A stretch of 62,166 nucleotides of DNA, the filler included, from Thermodesulfobacteriota bacterium (GTDB lineage Bacteria > DASVDK01): NCBI GenBank assembly GCA_036381125.1. It is 5 parts of 5 records of this genome, joined end to end, with 100 filler letters (N's around TTAATTAATTAA, not from the genome) between each part and the next. Parts side by side here need not be neighbours in the genome. Positions count along the whole stretch, not along the records: positions 51,656 to 56,917 come from DASVDK010000294.1; positions 57,018 to 62,166 come from DASVDK010000297.1; 3 more parts are not named here. The stretch is one strand, 5' to 3'. The translations under genes and the position numbers were made by a program. The notes under the pieces are model-generated. The model was not told the DNA's origin. It was given only the letters and a program-made list of their open reading frames with translations, and did not search any database. The first letter of the stretch is position 1. Each line of letters opens with the position of its first letter. This document shows positions 52,497 through 62,166 of this stretch, in pieces.

Positions 52497-54893
52497 CTAC
52501 CGGGCGCGCGCCCGGACGGCCGCCGCCGCACGCGATTCGGACGCCGAATACGCGCCCCAGGTCCAGTCGCGGATCTCGGGCATGTCCTCTCCGTACGTCG
52601 AGATGTACTGCTTGTGCTCGATCAGCCGGTCGCGCAGCGCCTGCCGCGCGTACGCGGCGATGTAGCCGAGCTTGGGCACCCGGTCGATCACGTCGCCCAC
52701 CAGGTGGTAGCGGTCGATGTCGTTGCGCACCACCATGTCGAACGGCGTCGTCGTGGTCCCCTCCTCCTTGTAGCCTCGCACGTGCAGGTTGCCGTGGTTC
52801 GTGCGCCGGTACGTGAGCCGGTGGATCAGCCAGGGGTAGCCGTGGAAGGCGAAGACGATCGGCTTGTCGGTCGTGAAGAGGCTGTCGAACTCCCTGTCCG
52901 AGAGGCCGTGGGGGTGCTCGGTCTTCGGCTGCAGCTTCATGAGGTCGACGACGTTCACGACGCGGACCTTGAGGTCCGGGAAGTACGTCCTCAGGAGGTC
53001 GACCGCCGCGAGCGTCTCGAGGGTCGGGATGTCGCCAGCGCAGGCCATGACGACGTCCGGCTCGCCGCCGATGTCGTTGCTCGCCCAGTTCCAGATCCCG
53101 ATGCCGGCCGTGCCGTGCTTCACGGCCGCGTCCATGTCGAGGTACTGGAGCGCCGGCTGCTTGCCGGCCACGACGACGTTCACGGTGTTGCGGCTCCGCA
53201 GGCAGACGTCGGTCACGTACAGGAGCGTGTTCGCGTCGGGCGGCAGGTAGACGCGGATGATGTCGGGCTTCTTGTTGGTCACGACGTCGATGAAGCCGGG
53301 GTCCTGGTGCGAGAAGCCGTTGTGGTCCTGGCGCCAGACGTGGGAGGTGAGCAGGTAGGTGAGCGAGGCGATGGGAGCCCGCCAGGGGATCTCCTTGCTC
53401 GACACCTTGAGCCACTTGGCGTGCTGGTTGAACATCGAGTCGACGATGTGGACGAAGGCCTCGTACGACGTGAAGATCCCGTGCCGGCCCGTGAGGAGGT
53501 AGCCCTCGAGCCAGCCCTGGAGGGTCGTCTCGCTGAGGATCTCCATGGCGCGCCCGCCGGGGGCGAGGTGCTCGTCGTCCGGCAGCCGCTCGGCGACCCA
53601 GGTGCGGTCGGTCGCCTCGAAGACGGCGGAGAGGCGGTTCGAGGCGATCTCGTCCGGACCGAAGAGGCGGAAGTTCGTGGGGTTCGCCCGCACGACGTCG
53701 CGGATGTACCGACCCAGGACGCTCGTCGCCTCGGCCGCCGCCTTGCCCGGCTCGGGCACGTCGACGGCGTAGCGGCGGAAGTCGGGGAGCCTGAGGTCGC
53801 GCAGGAGCAGGCCGCCGTTCGCGTGCGGGTTCGCCCCCATGCGGCGGGTCCCCTTCGGCGCCAGCGCCTGCAGGCGCGGCACCAGCGCGCCCGCCTCGTC
53901 GAACAGCTCCTCCGGCCGGTAGCTCTTCATCCACGCCTCGAGGATCTTCACGTGCTCGGGCTTCGAGGCCAGCTCCGCGAGCGGCACCTGGTGCGAACGC
54001 CAGCTCCCCTCGACCCTCTCGCCGTCGACCACCTCGGGGCCGGTCCAGCCCTTCGGCGTCCGGAGGACGATCATCGGCCAGCGCGGGCGGTCGGTCCTGC
54101 CGTTCGCCCGCGCCTCGTGCTGGATGCGCGCGATCTCGTCGAGCACCCGGTCGAGCGTCTCCGCCATCTTCTGGTGCATGACCATGGGATCCGACCCCTC
54201 GACGAAGTAGGGCCGGTGCCCGTAGCCGACGAGGAGGCTCTCGAGCTCCTCGCGGCCGATCCTGGCGAGGATCGTCGGGTTGGCGATCTTGTAGCCGTTC
54301 AGGTGGAGGATCGGCAGCACGGCGCCGTCGCGCGCGGGGTTGAGGAACTTGTTCGAGTGCCACGACGCCGCGAGGGGGCCGGTCTCGGCCTCGCCGTCGC
54401 CCACCACGCAGGCGACGACGAGGTCGGGGTTGTCGAAGGCGGCGCCGTAGGCGTGGGCCAGCGAGTAGCCGAGCTCGCCCCCCTCGTTGATGGACCCCGG
54501 GACCTCGGGCGCGACGTGGCTCGGGACGCCGCCCGGGAACGAGAACTGCTTGAAGAGCCGCTTCATCCCCTCGGCGTCCTGCGAGACGCTCGGGTACATC
54601 TCGCTGTAGGTCCCCTCGAGGTACGTGTTGGCCACGAGCGCGGGGCCCCCGTGCCCCGGGCCGGTGACGTAGATCATGTTGAGGTCGCGCTCGTTGATCA
54701 CGCGGTTCAGGTGGACGTAGACGAAGTTCAGCCCCGGCGTCGTCCCCCAGTGGCCGAGCAGCCGCGGCTTGATGTGCTCGAGCCGGAGCGGCTCGCGCAG
54801 GAGCGGGTTGTCGAGGAGGTAGATCTGGCCGACGGACAGGTAGTTGGCAGCTCGCCAGTAGGCGTCCATCGCCTCGAGCGTGTCCTTCTCCAT
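52497..54893 (-). CDS. xfp: phosphoketolase (XFP family)
   Basis: [43 protein letters not shown]. Confidence 0.96.
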   Translation of the reverse strand: MEKDTLEAMDAYWRAANYLSVGQIYLLDNPLLREPLRLEHIKPRLLGHWGTTPGLNFVYVHLNRVINERDLNMIYVTGPGHGGPALVANTYLEGTYSEMYPSVSQDAEGMKRLFKQFSFPGGVPSHVAPEVPGSINEGGELGYSLAHAYGAAFDNPDLVVACVVGDGEAETGPLAASWHSNKFLNPARDGAVLPILHLNGYKIANPTILARIGREELESLLVGYGHRPYFVEGSDPMVMHQKMAETLDRVLDEIARIQHEARANGRTDRPRWPMIVLRTPKGWTGPEVVDGERVEGSWRSHQVPLAELASKPEHVKILEAWMKSYRPEELFDEAGALVPRLQALAPKGTRRMGANPHANGGLLLRDLRLPDFRRYAVDVPEPGKAAAEATSVLGRYIRDVVRANPTNFRLFGPDEIASNRLSAVFEATDRTWVAERLPDDEHLAPGGRAMEILSETTLQGWLEGYLLTGRHGIFTSYEAFVHIVDSMFNQHAKWLKVSSKEIPWRAPIASLTYLLTSHVWRQDHNGFSHQDPGFIDVVTNKKPDIIRVYLPPDANTLLYVTDVCLRSRNTVNVVVAGKQPALQYLDMDAAVKHGTAGIGIWNWASNDIGGEPDVVMACAGDIPTLETLAAVDLLRTYFPDLKVRVVNVVDLMKLQPKTEHPHGLSDREFDSLFTTDKPIVFAFHGYPWLIHRLTYRRTNHGNLHVRGYKEEGTTTTPFDMVVRNDIDRYHLVGDVIDRVPKLGYIAAYARQALRDRLIEHKQYISTYGEDMPEIRDWTWGAYSASESRAAAAVRARAR

Positions 54894-54901
54894 TGCTCAC
54901 C

Positions 54902-56917
54902 TCACCGCTGCCACAGGATCTGGCCCGCCTCGAGCGGGATCGCCGCGTCGGGGTGCGCCGGCACGGCGCGCGGCGTGTAGTGCCAGGCCGGCCGCGTCGC
55001 GGGGATGCGGGCGGCGTAGACGTACCCGGGCTCGGGGCCGGGCAGCCGCGCGCCCCGCACGAGCGTCTCCCGGGCCGGCGGCTCCCCGTCCTGCGGCTCG
55101 GCGTAGAGCTCCACCCGGATCGCGTCGGGGTCCAGGGAGCCGGTGAACAGCTCCACGCGGAACGCGTGATGCCCGCCGACCGTATCGACCGAGACGGCGC
55201 CGAATCGAAGCGTCCGGAAGTCTCGCGCGAGGTGCCGCTGCCAGTCGGTCAGGCGGCGGCCGAGGGCCGCCTCGTCGGACGCGCGGCGGCGATAGGCTGC
55301 CGCGGCCGGCAGGTAGTGCCGCTCGGTGTACTCGCGCACCGTCCGGTCGGCCGAGAACCGGAGCGTCAGGCGGGCCATGCTCTCCCGCACGCGGGCGAGC
55401 CAGGCGACCGGGATGCCGCGGACGTCCCGGTCGTAGAAGCACGGGACGACGTCGCGCTCGAGCCGGTCGTAGAGCGCCGCGGCCTCCGCCGCGTCCCGGG
55501 ACGGGTCGTCGCCTGCCTCGCCGGCGTCGCCGAGCGCCCAGCCCAGGTCCGGCGCGTACGCCTCGGCCCACCAGCCGTCGAGCGTGGAGAGGTTCAGCCC
55601 GCCGTTGGCGAGCACCTTCATCCCGCTCGTGCCGCTTGCCTCGTAGGGTCGGCGCGGGGTGTTGATCCACACGTCCACACCCTGCACGAGGTACCGGGAC
55701 AGGAGCACGTCGTGGTCGCCGACGAAGGCGACGCGCGACCGCACCTCGGGCCTCTCGCGGATGAAGCGCACCCAGGCCTGCACCAGGGCCTGGCCGTCGC
55801 GGTCCTGCGGGTGCGCCTTGCCGGCCACGATGAGCTGCACGGGCCGTTCCCGGCTCGTGAGGAGGCGGACCAGGCGGTCCTCGTCGTGGAGGAGGAGGTC
55901 CGGGCGCTTGTACGTCGCGAAGCGGCGGGCGAAGCCGAGGGTGAGCGCCTCCGGGTCGAACGCCTCGCGGGCCGCGGCGATGTCCCCGTCGTAGGCGCCG
56001 GCCGCCGCCAGCTCGCGGGCGACCCGCTCGCGCACGTAGTGGATCAGATTGCGGCGGTTCTCGGTGCGCATGCGCCAGAGCGCCTCGTCCGGGAGCCGGC
56101 GGATGCAGGCCGCCGCGTCCACCGTCGTACCGCCCCAGGGGAACTCGCCGCACGCCGCCTCCCAGAGCCGCTCGGCCGGGAGCGAGCCCCAGGAGGGGAC
56201 GTGGACCCCGTTGGTGACGTGCGTCACCGGGACCTCGGCCTCCGGCCAGCGGGGGAAGATCGGCTGGAAGATCGGCCGGCTCGTCTGCGCGTGGAGGGCG
56301 CTCACCGCGTTGACGGCGCCGCTGCCGCGCGCGGCCAGGTAGGCCATGTTGAACGGCTCGGACGGGTCGTCGGGCCGAGCGCGGCCGAGGGCGAGCAGAT
56401 CGGCCAGCTCGAGCCCCAGCTCCTGCCGCGCGTAGCGGCCGAGGGCGCGCGCCACGAGGTCCGGCGCGAAGCGGTCGAAGCCGGCGGCGACCGGCGTGTG
56501 CGTGGTGAAGACGTTGCCGGCGCGGGTGACGGTCAACGCCACGTCGAACGGCTGCCCGGTCTCCTCCATGAAGCCGCGCGCCCGCTCGAGCACGACCAGC
56601 GCGGCGTGCCCCTCGTTGAGGTGGCACACCTCGGGCCGGATCCCGAGGGCGCCGAGCAGCCGCCAGCCGGCGATACCGAGCACCATCTCCTGCTGCAGGC
56701 GCAACTCCGGGCCGCCGCCGTAGAGCTCGCTCGTGATGCCGCGGACGGCCGGCGGGTTGGCCGGGTCGTTGCTGTCGAGGAGGAGGAGCCGCACCCGCCC
56801 GACCGTCGCCTGCCAGGCGCGCAGCCACACCGTGTAGCCCGGCATCGGGATGGCCAGGCGCACCCACTGGCCGCTCGCGTCCCGCACCGGCGTCACTGGG
56901 AGCTGGCCCGGGTCGTT
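54902..56917 (-). CDS. glgP: alpha-glucan phosphorylase (5' truncated)
   Basis: HLNEGH, FTTHTPV, TNGVH, ARRFATYKR, EASGTSGMK, LDGWW. Confidence 0.95.
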   Translation of the reverse strand, partial: NDPGQLPVTPVRDASGQWVRLAIPMPGYTVWLRAWQATVGRVRLLLLDSNDPANPPAVRGITSELYGGGPELRLQQEMVLGIAGWRLLGALGIRPEVCHLNEGHAALVVLERARGFMEETGQPFDVALTVTRAGNVFTTHTPVAAGFDRFAPDLVARALGRYARQELGLELADLLALGRARPDDPSEPFNMAYLAARGSGAVNAVSALHAQTSRPIFQPIFPRWPEAEVPVTHVTNGVHVPSWGSLPAERLWEAACGEFPWGGTTVDAAACIRRLPDEALWRMRTENRRNLIHYVRERVARELAAAGAYDGDIAAAREAFDPEALTLGFARRFATYKRPDLLLHDEDRLVRLLTSRERPVQLIVAGKAHPQDRDGQALVQAWVRFIRERPEVRSRVAFVGDHDVLLSRYLVQGVDVWINTPRRPYEASGTSGMKVLANGGLNLSTLDGWWAEAYAPDLGWALGDAGEAGDDPSRDAAEAAALYDRLERDVVPCFYDRDVRGIPVAWLARVRESMARLTLRFSADRTVREYTERHYLPAAAAYRRRASDEAALGRRLTDWQRHLARDFRTLRFGAVSVDTVGGHHAFRVELFTGSLDPDAIRVELYAEPQDGEPPARETLVRGARLPGPEPGYVYAARIPATRPAWHYTPRAVPAHPDAAIPLEAGQILWQR

Positions 56918-57017
56918 NNNNNNNNNNNNNNNNNNNNNNNNNNNNNNNNNNNNNNNNNNNNTTAATTAATTAANNNNNNNNNNNNNNNNNNNNNNNNNNN
57001 NNNNNNNNNNNNNNNNN
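56918..57017. other. artificial contig linker
   Basis: N-run with TTAATTAATTAA. Confidence 0.99.
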
Positions 57018-57307
57018 GGGAGGTCCGGGGGAAGGCCGACCGACAGCTCGTGCGGGTCGGTCGCGAGGACCCGGGCGTCGCCCGCGTCGACACGCTCGCC
57101 CCCGGCGGAGAGGACCGACACCGTCGAGAAGGCCTCTTCGAGGGCGTCGCTGAACACCAGGACGACACGCGCGGGGACGCCGACCACGACCGCCCGGCGC
57201 CCTGGCTTCGCCTCGACCAGGCTTGCGTGGGCGAGCGCCGGGCGCGGCGCGGCGGTCGGGACGGCAAGGGCCGAGACCGCGAGCAGGGCAAAGGCAAGCG
57301 CACGCAT
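57018..57307 (-). CDS. copC: CopC copper-resistance domain protein (3' truncated)
   Basis: signal ALA|HASLVEAKP...PARVVLVFS...GERVD. Confidence 0.88.
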
Positions 57308-57316
57308 GTCCCGATG

Positions 57317-57874
57317 CTACCGCCTCGGCGGGAACTCGGCCTCGGCCCGGTCCACCGGGCAGCCGAAGCCGCCGACGATCCCCTTGCGGGTCACCCCGCC
57401 GGCGAGCTGGACCACGCTCAGGTCCTCGACCGGGTCCTGTCCCCTGGGGGTGCAGGTGAAGGTCACGTCGACCGGAGCGCCGCCGAGCGTCCCGAAGAGC
57501 CGGTAGGCGTACGTCGCCGCGACCGTCGGGTAGAAGACCACCTCGTACTTGCCGGGGCTCCGATAGACCGGCTCGAGCGCGTAGACCTTCGAGGCGCCTT
57601 GCGCCTTCACCTCGACCTGGAGGGTCTGGTCGAGCCCCGTGACCGGCTTCGCGCCGGCGGCCCGCGAGTCGAACGGCGCGGACGGGTCGGCCGCGAGGAC
57701 CGTGAGGTCCACGCCGCTCCGGTCGCCCGTGTACACCGGCTCGTTGAGCGAGCCGATCACGACGAGGTAGTCGGTTTCGCCCACCCGGAGGAGCTGGCGC
57801 TGGTGGGCGTGGGCGGGCGCCGCCGCGAACAGGGCGAGCGCCGCCGCGAGCGCGAGGCATCGAGCGGTCGTCAT
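57317..57874 (-). CDS. secreted hypothetical protein, predicted mature N-terminal His
   Basis: RBS GAGG; signal AHA|HQRQ; IGSLNEP, GKYEVVFYPT..YAYRLFG beta-rich pattern; two Cys in the mature part. Confidence 0.8.
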   Translation of the reverse strand: MTTARCLALAAALALFAAAPAHAHQRQLLRVGETDYLVVIGSLNEPVYTGDRSGVDLTVLAADPSAPFDSRAAGAKPVTGLDQTLQVEVKAQGASKVYALEPVYRSPGKYEVVFYPTVAATYAYRLFGTLGGAPVDVTFTCTPRGQDPVEDLSVVQLAGGVTRKGIVGGFGCPVDRAEAEFPPRR

Positions 57875-58038
57875 CGGAGCACCTCGTTCGCCGGGCCTGC
57901 CGGCGATCGGCCGGCAGGACGGGTTCGGGGGCCGGCGCCTCGGCGGCCGGCCGTTGCGCCGGGCCGCTCGAGGCCTTGCGAGCGCACGCCGTCCGCGTCG
58001 CGGTCGGTCGGGCGGATCGTGGCCCGGCGTCCGGGCCG

Positions 58039-58084
58039 ATTCTAGAGGCGCGGGGGGAGGGCCGGCAATCACCCGAAGGAGCTA
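58039..58084 (-). promoter_or_regulatory. promoter of the copper operon with candidate response-regulator site
   Basis: TTGCCG-N18-TAGAAT; imperfect inverted repeat TAGCTCC-TT-CGGGTGA abutting the -35. Confidence 0.45.
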
Positions 58085-58741
58085 GACGCAGTGGTCGCGG
58101 TCGAGACCGAGCCGCGTCGCGTACATGGCGAGGTCGACCCGGTTCTTGAGGTGCAGCTTCTGGACGATGTGCTTCAGGTGGTTCTTGACCGTCTGCTCGC
58201 TGATGCCGAGCGTCTCGCCGATCTCCCTGTTCGTCATGGCGCGGGCGACGAGCCGGAGCACCTCCGCCTCGCGCTCGGTGAGGCCGACCTCCGTCGGCGC
58301 GGGCGTGGGGGGCCTCGCGCCGGCGTCGAACTCCGCCAGGATCCGCGCCGCGACCTCACGCGGGATCGCGGCGTCGCCCGAGGCCAGGCGGCGCAGGTAG
58401 TCGAGCCAGTCGGCCGGGTGGAGGCGCTTGAGGAGGTAGCCCTGGGCCCCGCTGCGGATCGCCTCGAAGAGGTCGCGCGGGTCGTCGGACACCGTGAGGA
58501 CGACGACCGTGACCTGCGGCGCCCGCCGCTTGACGAGCCTGGTCGCCAGCAGGCCGTCGCAGCGCGGCATCGCGAGGTCCATGAGCACCATGTCGGGCGA
58601 CCGTTCCTCCACGAGGCGGAGCGCCTCGTGGCCGTCGGCCGCCTCGCCCACCACCTGGAACGCCGGGTCGCGGCCGAGGACCGACCGGATCGCGGCGCGT
58701 GCGTCCGGGCTGTCGTCGGCGATCACGAGGCGGACGGTCAT
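58082..58741 (-). CDS. NarL/LuxR family response regulator
   Basis: IADD, LMDLAMP, GAQGYLLK, LTEREAEVL..TNREIG..TVKNH. Confidence 0.95.
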   Translation of the reverse strand: MTVRLVIADDSPDARAAIRSVLGRDPAFQVVGEAADGHEALRLVEERSPDMVLMDLAMPRCDGLLATRLVKRRAPQVTVVVLTVSDDPRDLFEAIRSGAQGYLLKRLHPADWLDYLRRLASGDAAIPREVAARILAEFDAGARPPTPAPTEVGLTEREAEVLRLVARAMTNREIGETLGISEQTVKNHLKHIVQKLHLKNRVDLAMYATRLGLDRDHCV

Positions 58742-59565
58742 CGAGCGTCTCCAGGGAAGGTGACGGTGAGCCGCGCGCCGTGTCCCGGCGCGGACTCGAC
58801 CTCGAGCGTACCGCCGATGAGCTGGGCGCGCTCGGCCATGATGGCCAGGCCGAAGCCGCGGCCGCCGTTGTCGCCCGCCGGCGGGAAGCCCCGGCCGTCG
58901 TCGGCGATGACGAGGCGATCCTTGCCGCCCGTGATCGACACGCGGGTCGCGCCGCCGTGACGGGCGGCGTTGGCCATCGCCTCGGAGACGATCGCGGTCA
59001 GGTGTTGCCGGCCCTGCGCGTCGAGGCGCGGCAGGGCGTCGACCGCCAGGGCGAACTCGAGCCCGAGGTCCGCCGCCACACGGCTCGCCTCGCGCCTGAG
59101 CGCCTCGACCGGGTCCTCCGCCGCCGAGTCGCGCTTGAGGTCCGCGATGACGGTCCGCACCTCGTCGTCGGCGCGGCCGACCTGCGTCTTGAGGAGCGCG
59201 ATGCGCGCGCGCGCCCGCTCGGTGGCGCCGGCGGCGAGGTCCTCGTCCAGCTCCTCGAGCTTGACGCGCACGAGGAAGAGCGCCTGGGCGACGCCGTCGT
59301 GCATGTCGCGGCCGATCCGCTGCCGCTCGGTCAGCACGGCCGCCTCGGCGCGGGCGCGGGAGAGCTCCCGTTCCGCGCGGCTCACCAGGCGGGTGAAGTA
59401 CCGCACGAAGGCGAGGACGCTGCCCCCCGCCAGGGCGGCCGCCAGGGCGTTGCCCCCGAAGCCGGGCAGCGCGTCGGCGAACCAGTGGTGCCGCGCGAAC
59501 TCGAAGAGGCCGACGAGGAGGGCCGGCAAGAGGACGGCGAGCCACTGGACACGGGCGTGGGTCAT
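58738..59565 (-). CDS. HisKA_3 sensor histidine kinase, 2 TM with short loop
   Basis: ERQRIGRDMHDGVAQ, EAMANAARH, DDGRGF, GFGL. Confidence 0.92.
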   Translation of the reverse strand: MTHARVQWLAVLLPALLVGLFEFARHHWFADALPGFGGNALAAALAGGSVLAFVRYFTRLVSRAERELSRARAEAAVLTERQRIGRDMHDGVAQALFLVRVKLEELDEDLAAGATERARARIALLKTQVGRADDEVRTVIADLKRDSAAEDPVEALRREASRVAADLGLEFALAVDALPRLDAQGRQHLTAIVSEAMANAARHGGATRVSITGGKDRLVIADDGRGFPPAGDNGGRGFGLAIMAERAQLIGGTLEVESAPGHGARLTVTFPGDAR

Positions 59566-59591
59566 GGTGCACCTCGGCTCTATAATGAAGC

Positions 59592-60623
59592 ATGTCAAGA
59601 CGTCGTTCTCTCAGGCTCGTCGCGGGCCGACCCGCCCCCGGCGCGCCGTCGTCACCCCGGTCGCCCGACACGCCGAGCGACCTCGATCTGCTCGACGCCT
59701 ACTCGAGCGCCGTCGTCTCCGTCGTCGAGGCGGTCGGTCCGGCCGTCGTCAGCCTCTCGGTCGGCGCGGGCCCACGCGAGGGCGCCGCGCGCGGCGAGCG
59801 GAGCGGCGCCGGCTCGGGCGTCATCTTCGCCCCGGACGGCTACGTCCTCACCAACAGCCACGTCGTGAGCGGCGCCACGCGGCTCACCGCCACGCTCACC
59901 GACGGCCGTACGCTCGGGGCCACGCTGGTCGGCGACGACCCGGCCACCGACCTCGCCGTGGTCCGCCTCGCCGCCGACGGCCTTCCCTACGCCGAGTTCG
60001 GCGACTCCGCGCGGCTCCGGGTGGGGCAGCTCGTCATCGCCATCGGCAACCCCTTCGGCTTCGCCTCCACCGTCTCGGCCGGCGTCGTCTCGGCCCTCGG
60101 CCGCACGCTGCGCAGCCGGAGCGGCCGCCTCATCGAGGGGGTCATCCAGACCGACGTGGCGCTGAACCCCGGCAACTCCGGCGGCCCGCTCGTCGACTCG
60201 CGCGGCCGCGTCGTGGGCATCAACACGGCCGTCGTCGCGATGGCCCAGGGCCTCAGCTTCGCCGTGCCGGTCGCCACCGCGAAGTGGGTCGTCCCGCAGC
60301 TCCTCGCCGAGGGGCGGGTGCGCCGGGGGTGGCTCGGCCTCGCCGCACGCGAGCGGCCGCTCGACCGACGTCTCGCGCGGGCGCACGGCCTCGACCAGGC
60401 GACCGCCGTGGAGGTCCTCTCCGTCGAGCCGGGCGGACCGGCGGCCTCGGCCGGCCTGGCCGAGGGGGACCTCGTGGTCGGCGTGGAGGACCGACCGGTC
60501 GGCAGCGTCGACGACCTCCACCGGTTCCTCGCGGAGTGGCCCATCGGCCGGCCGGCGCGGCTCGGCGTGCTTCGCCGCGCGTCGCGGCTCGATCTCCGGG
60601 TCGAGCCGGCGCCGGCTCCGTAA
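59592..60623 (+). CDS. HtrA/DegQ-like trypsin serine protease with PDZ, no signal peptide
   Basis: GSGVI, LTNSHV, DLAV, ALNPGNSGGPL, PDZ; TATAAT 5 nt before ATG. Confidence 0.9.
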   Translation: MSRRRSLRLVAGRPAPGAPSSPRSPDTPSDLDLLDAYSSAVVSVVEAVGPAVVSLSVGAGPREGAARGERSGAGSGVIFAPDGYVLTNSHVVSGATRLTATLTDGRTLGATLVGDDPATDLAVVRLAADGLPYAEFGDSARLRVGQLVIAIGNPFGFASTVSAGVVSALGRTLRSRSGRLIEGVIQTDVALNPGNSGGPLVDSRGRVVGINTAVVAMAQGLSFAVPVATAKWVVPQLLAEGRVRRGWLGLAARERPLDRRLARAHGLDQATAVEVLSVEPGGPAASAGLAEGDLVVGVEDRPVGSVDDLHRFLAEWPIGRPARLGVLRRASRLDLRVEPAPAP

Positions 60624-60804
60624 GCCTTCCGGCCTCGCACACCCGCCCGGGATCGCCGCGCGGGCGTCCCGGGGGCTCGCTTCGGCGCTTCACAGGCGCG
60701 CCGCTCCCCGTGCTACCCTGTGGCGATCCTTCCACAGCCAGAAAGGCCTGCTGGCACCGTGACCCGTCAGCGCGTTCGGTCCCGTGCGAGAGAGGGAGTC
60801 GGCG

Positions 60805-61950
60805 ATGAAAGTTGGCGTCCCTGCGGAGATCCTTGCCGGTGAGCGTCGAGTGGCCCTCGTGCCGGAGACGGTGGGCCGCCTCGTCAAGGCAAAGGTTGGC
60901 GTGGTCGTGCAGGCCGGGGCCGGCGAGCGAGCCGGCTTCCCCGACCGGGAGTACGAGGCGGCCGGGGCGACGATCGTCGCCGGCGCGGCCGACGTCTTCC
61001 GGGACGCCGACGTGATCGTGAAGGTGCAGCGGCCGATGGCCGCCGACGGCCGTCACGAGGCCGACCTGCTGCGCGAGGGGCAGACGCTCATCGCTTTCCT
61101 GGCCCCCCTGGTGGACCACGACCTGGTCCGCATGCTCGCGGCGCGCCGGGTGACCAGCTTCAGCATGGACGCGATCCCCCGCATCACGCGGGCGCAGAAG
61201 ATGGACGCGCTCTCGTCGCAGGCCACGGTCGCCGGGTACCAGGCGGTGCTCATGGCCGCGACGCGGCTGCCCAAGTTCTTCCCGATGTTCATGACCGCGG
61301 CCGGCACCATCGCCCCGGCCAGGGTGCTCGTGATCGGCGCGGGGGTGGCGGGCCTCCAGGCGATCGCGACGGCGAAGCGTCTGGGCGCCGTGGTGTCGGC
61401 TTACGACACCCGGCCCGTCGTCAAGGAGCAGGTGCAGAGCCTCGGCGCGAAGTTCGTCGAGATCGACCTCGGCACCCGGGACACGGAGGGTTCGGGCGGC
61501 TACGCCAAGGCGCTCGGCGAGGACGTCCTCAGGCGCCAGCAGGAGCTGCTCGCCAGGACGGTCGCCGAGTCGGACGTCGTCATCACCACCGCCCAGGTGC
61601 CGGGCAAGAAGGCGCCGCGCATCGTCCCGGACGCCGTGATCCGGCAGATGCGGCCCGGCTCGGTCGTGGTCGACCTCGCGGCCGACCAGGGGGGCAACGT
61701 GGAGGGGACCGAGGCGGGGCGCGAGGTCGTCAGGCACGGGGTCCTCCTCGTGGGGGCCTCGAACCTCCCCGCGAGCATCCCCTTCCACGCGAGCCAGATG
61801 TACTCCCGCAACGTCCACGCGCTCCTCGCGGACATGCTGGACAAGGAGGGCAACCTCGTCCTGAACTTCGAGGACGAGGTCATCCGCGAGAGCTGCATCA
61901 CGCGCGACGGCAAGGTCGTCCACGGCCCGACCGCGGCGCTGGTCGGCTAG
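60805..61950 (+). CDS. pntAA: NAD(P) transhydrogenase subunit alpha part 1
   Basis: ERRVAL, PRITRAQKMDALSSQ, GAGVAGLQ, GYAK, VDLAADQGGN. Confidence 0.95.
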   Translation: MKVGVPAEILAGERRVALVPETVGRLVKAKVGVVVQAGAGERAGFPDREYEAAGATIVAGAADVFRDADVIVKVQRPMAADGRHEADLLREGQTLIAFLAPLVDHDLVRMLAARRVTSFSMDAIPRITRAQKMDALSSQATVAGYQAVLMAATRLPKFFPMFMTAAGTIAPARVLVIGAGVAGLQAIATAKRLGAVVSAYDTRPVVKEQVQSLGAKFVEIDLGTRDTEGSGGYAKALGEDVLRRQQELLARTVAESDVVITTAQVPGKKAPRIVPDAVIRQMRPGSVVVDLAADQGGNVEGTEAGREVVRHGVLLVGASNLPASIPFHASQMYSRNVHALLADMLDKEGNLVLNFEDEVIRESCITRDGKVVHGPTAALVG

Positions 61951-61965
61951 AGGAGCCCGAACGCC

Positions 61966-62166
61966 ATGCTCGAGACGCTGCTCGTCTCCCTCTTCATCTT
62001 CGTCCTCGCCTGCTTCATCGGCTTCGAGGTGATCTCGAAGGTCCCGCAGATGCTCCACACGCCGCTCATGTCGGGATCGAACGCCATCTCGGGCATCACC
62101 ATCATCGGTGCCATGCTGTCGGTCGCGTCGCCGAGTCCGTACTCCACGATCCTCGGATTCATCGCC
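61966..62166 (+). CDS. pntAB: NAD(P) transhydrogenase subunit alpha part 2 (truncated by window)
   Basis: IFVLACFIGFEVISKVPQMLHTPLMSGSNAISG. Confidence 0.92.
   Translation, partial: MLETLLVSLFIFVLACFIGFEVISKVPQMLHTPLMSGSNAISGITIIGAMLSVASPSPYSTILGFIA

Overview
High-GC (about 70%) bacterial sequence, most likely from a metagenome-assembled genome. It consists of five contigs joined by artificial 100-nt N/TTAATTAATTAA linkers at 17774-17873, 37172-37271, 51556-51655 and 56918-57017, so gene adjacency across a linker is meaningless. Contig 1: aldo/keto reductase, PEGA-like lipoprotein, radical SAM-HhH DNA-repair protein, PilZ protein, metY plus CoA-binding protein, MFS transporter, then a stress/glycosylation island (Zn-ADH, two SDRs, GT4, GT4, GT9, carbamoyltransferase, GT2) with sigma54-type promoters. 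Contig 2: floA-nfeD, gdhA, an acetolactate-decarboxylase-like gene, an ADP-ribosylglycohydrolase-TRAP-FadR-rpiB-ribokinase operon, a NitT/TauT ABC transporter, an orphan cytochrome c oxidase subunit I divergent from a Cys-less Crp/Fnr regulator with two FNR-type boxes, acs and a GntR fragment. Contig 3: ABC transporter, DUF429-like protein, pcm, an amidase-tctCBA / amidohydrolase-MFS catabolic region, gene remnants and an asparaginase. Contig 4: glgP-xfp-ackA. Contig 5: copC, an unknown secreted protein with a predicted mature N-terminal His, a NarL-type two-component system, an HtrA-like protease and pntA. I found no rRNA, tRNA, CRISPR array or intact mobile element. The best candidates for undescribed systems are the ARH/TRAP riboside-salvage operon, the Crp/Fnr-controlled orphan ctaD with a possible sRNA, the sigma54 carbamoyl-glycan island and the copper-sensing module. 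All family calls come from motif recognition by eye, not database searches.
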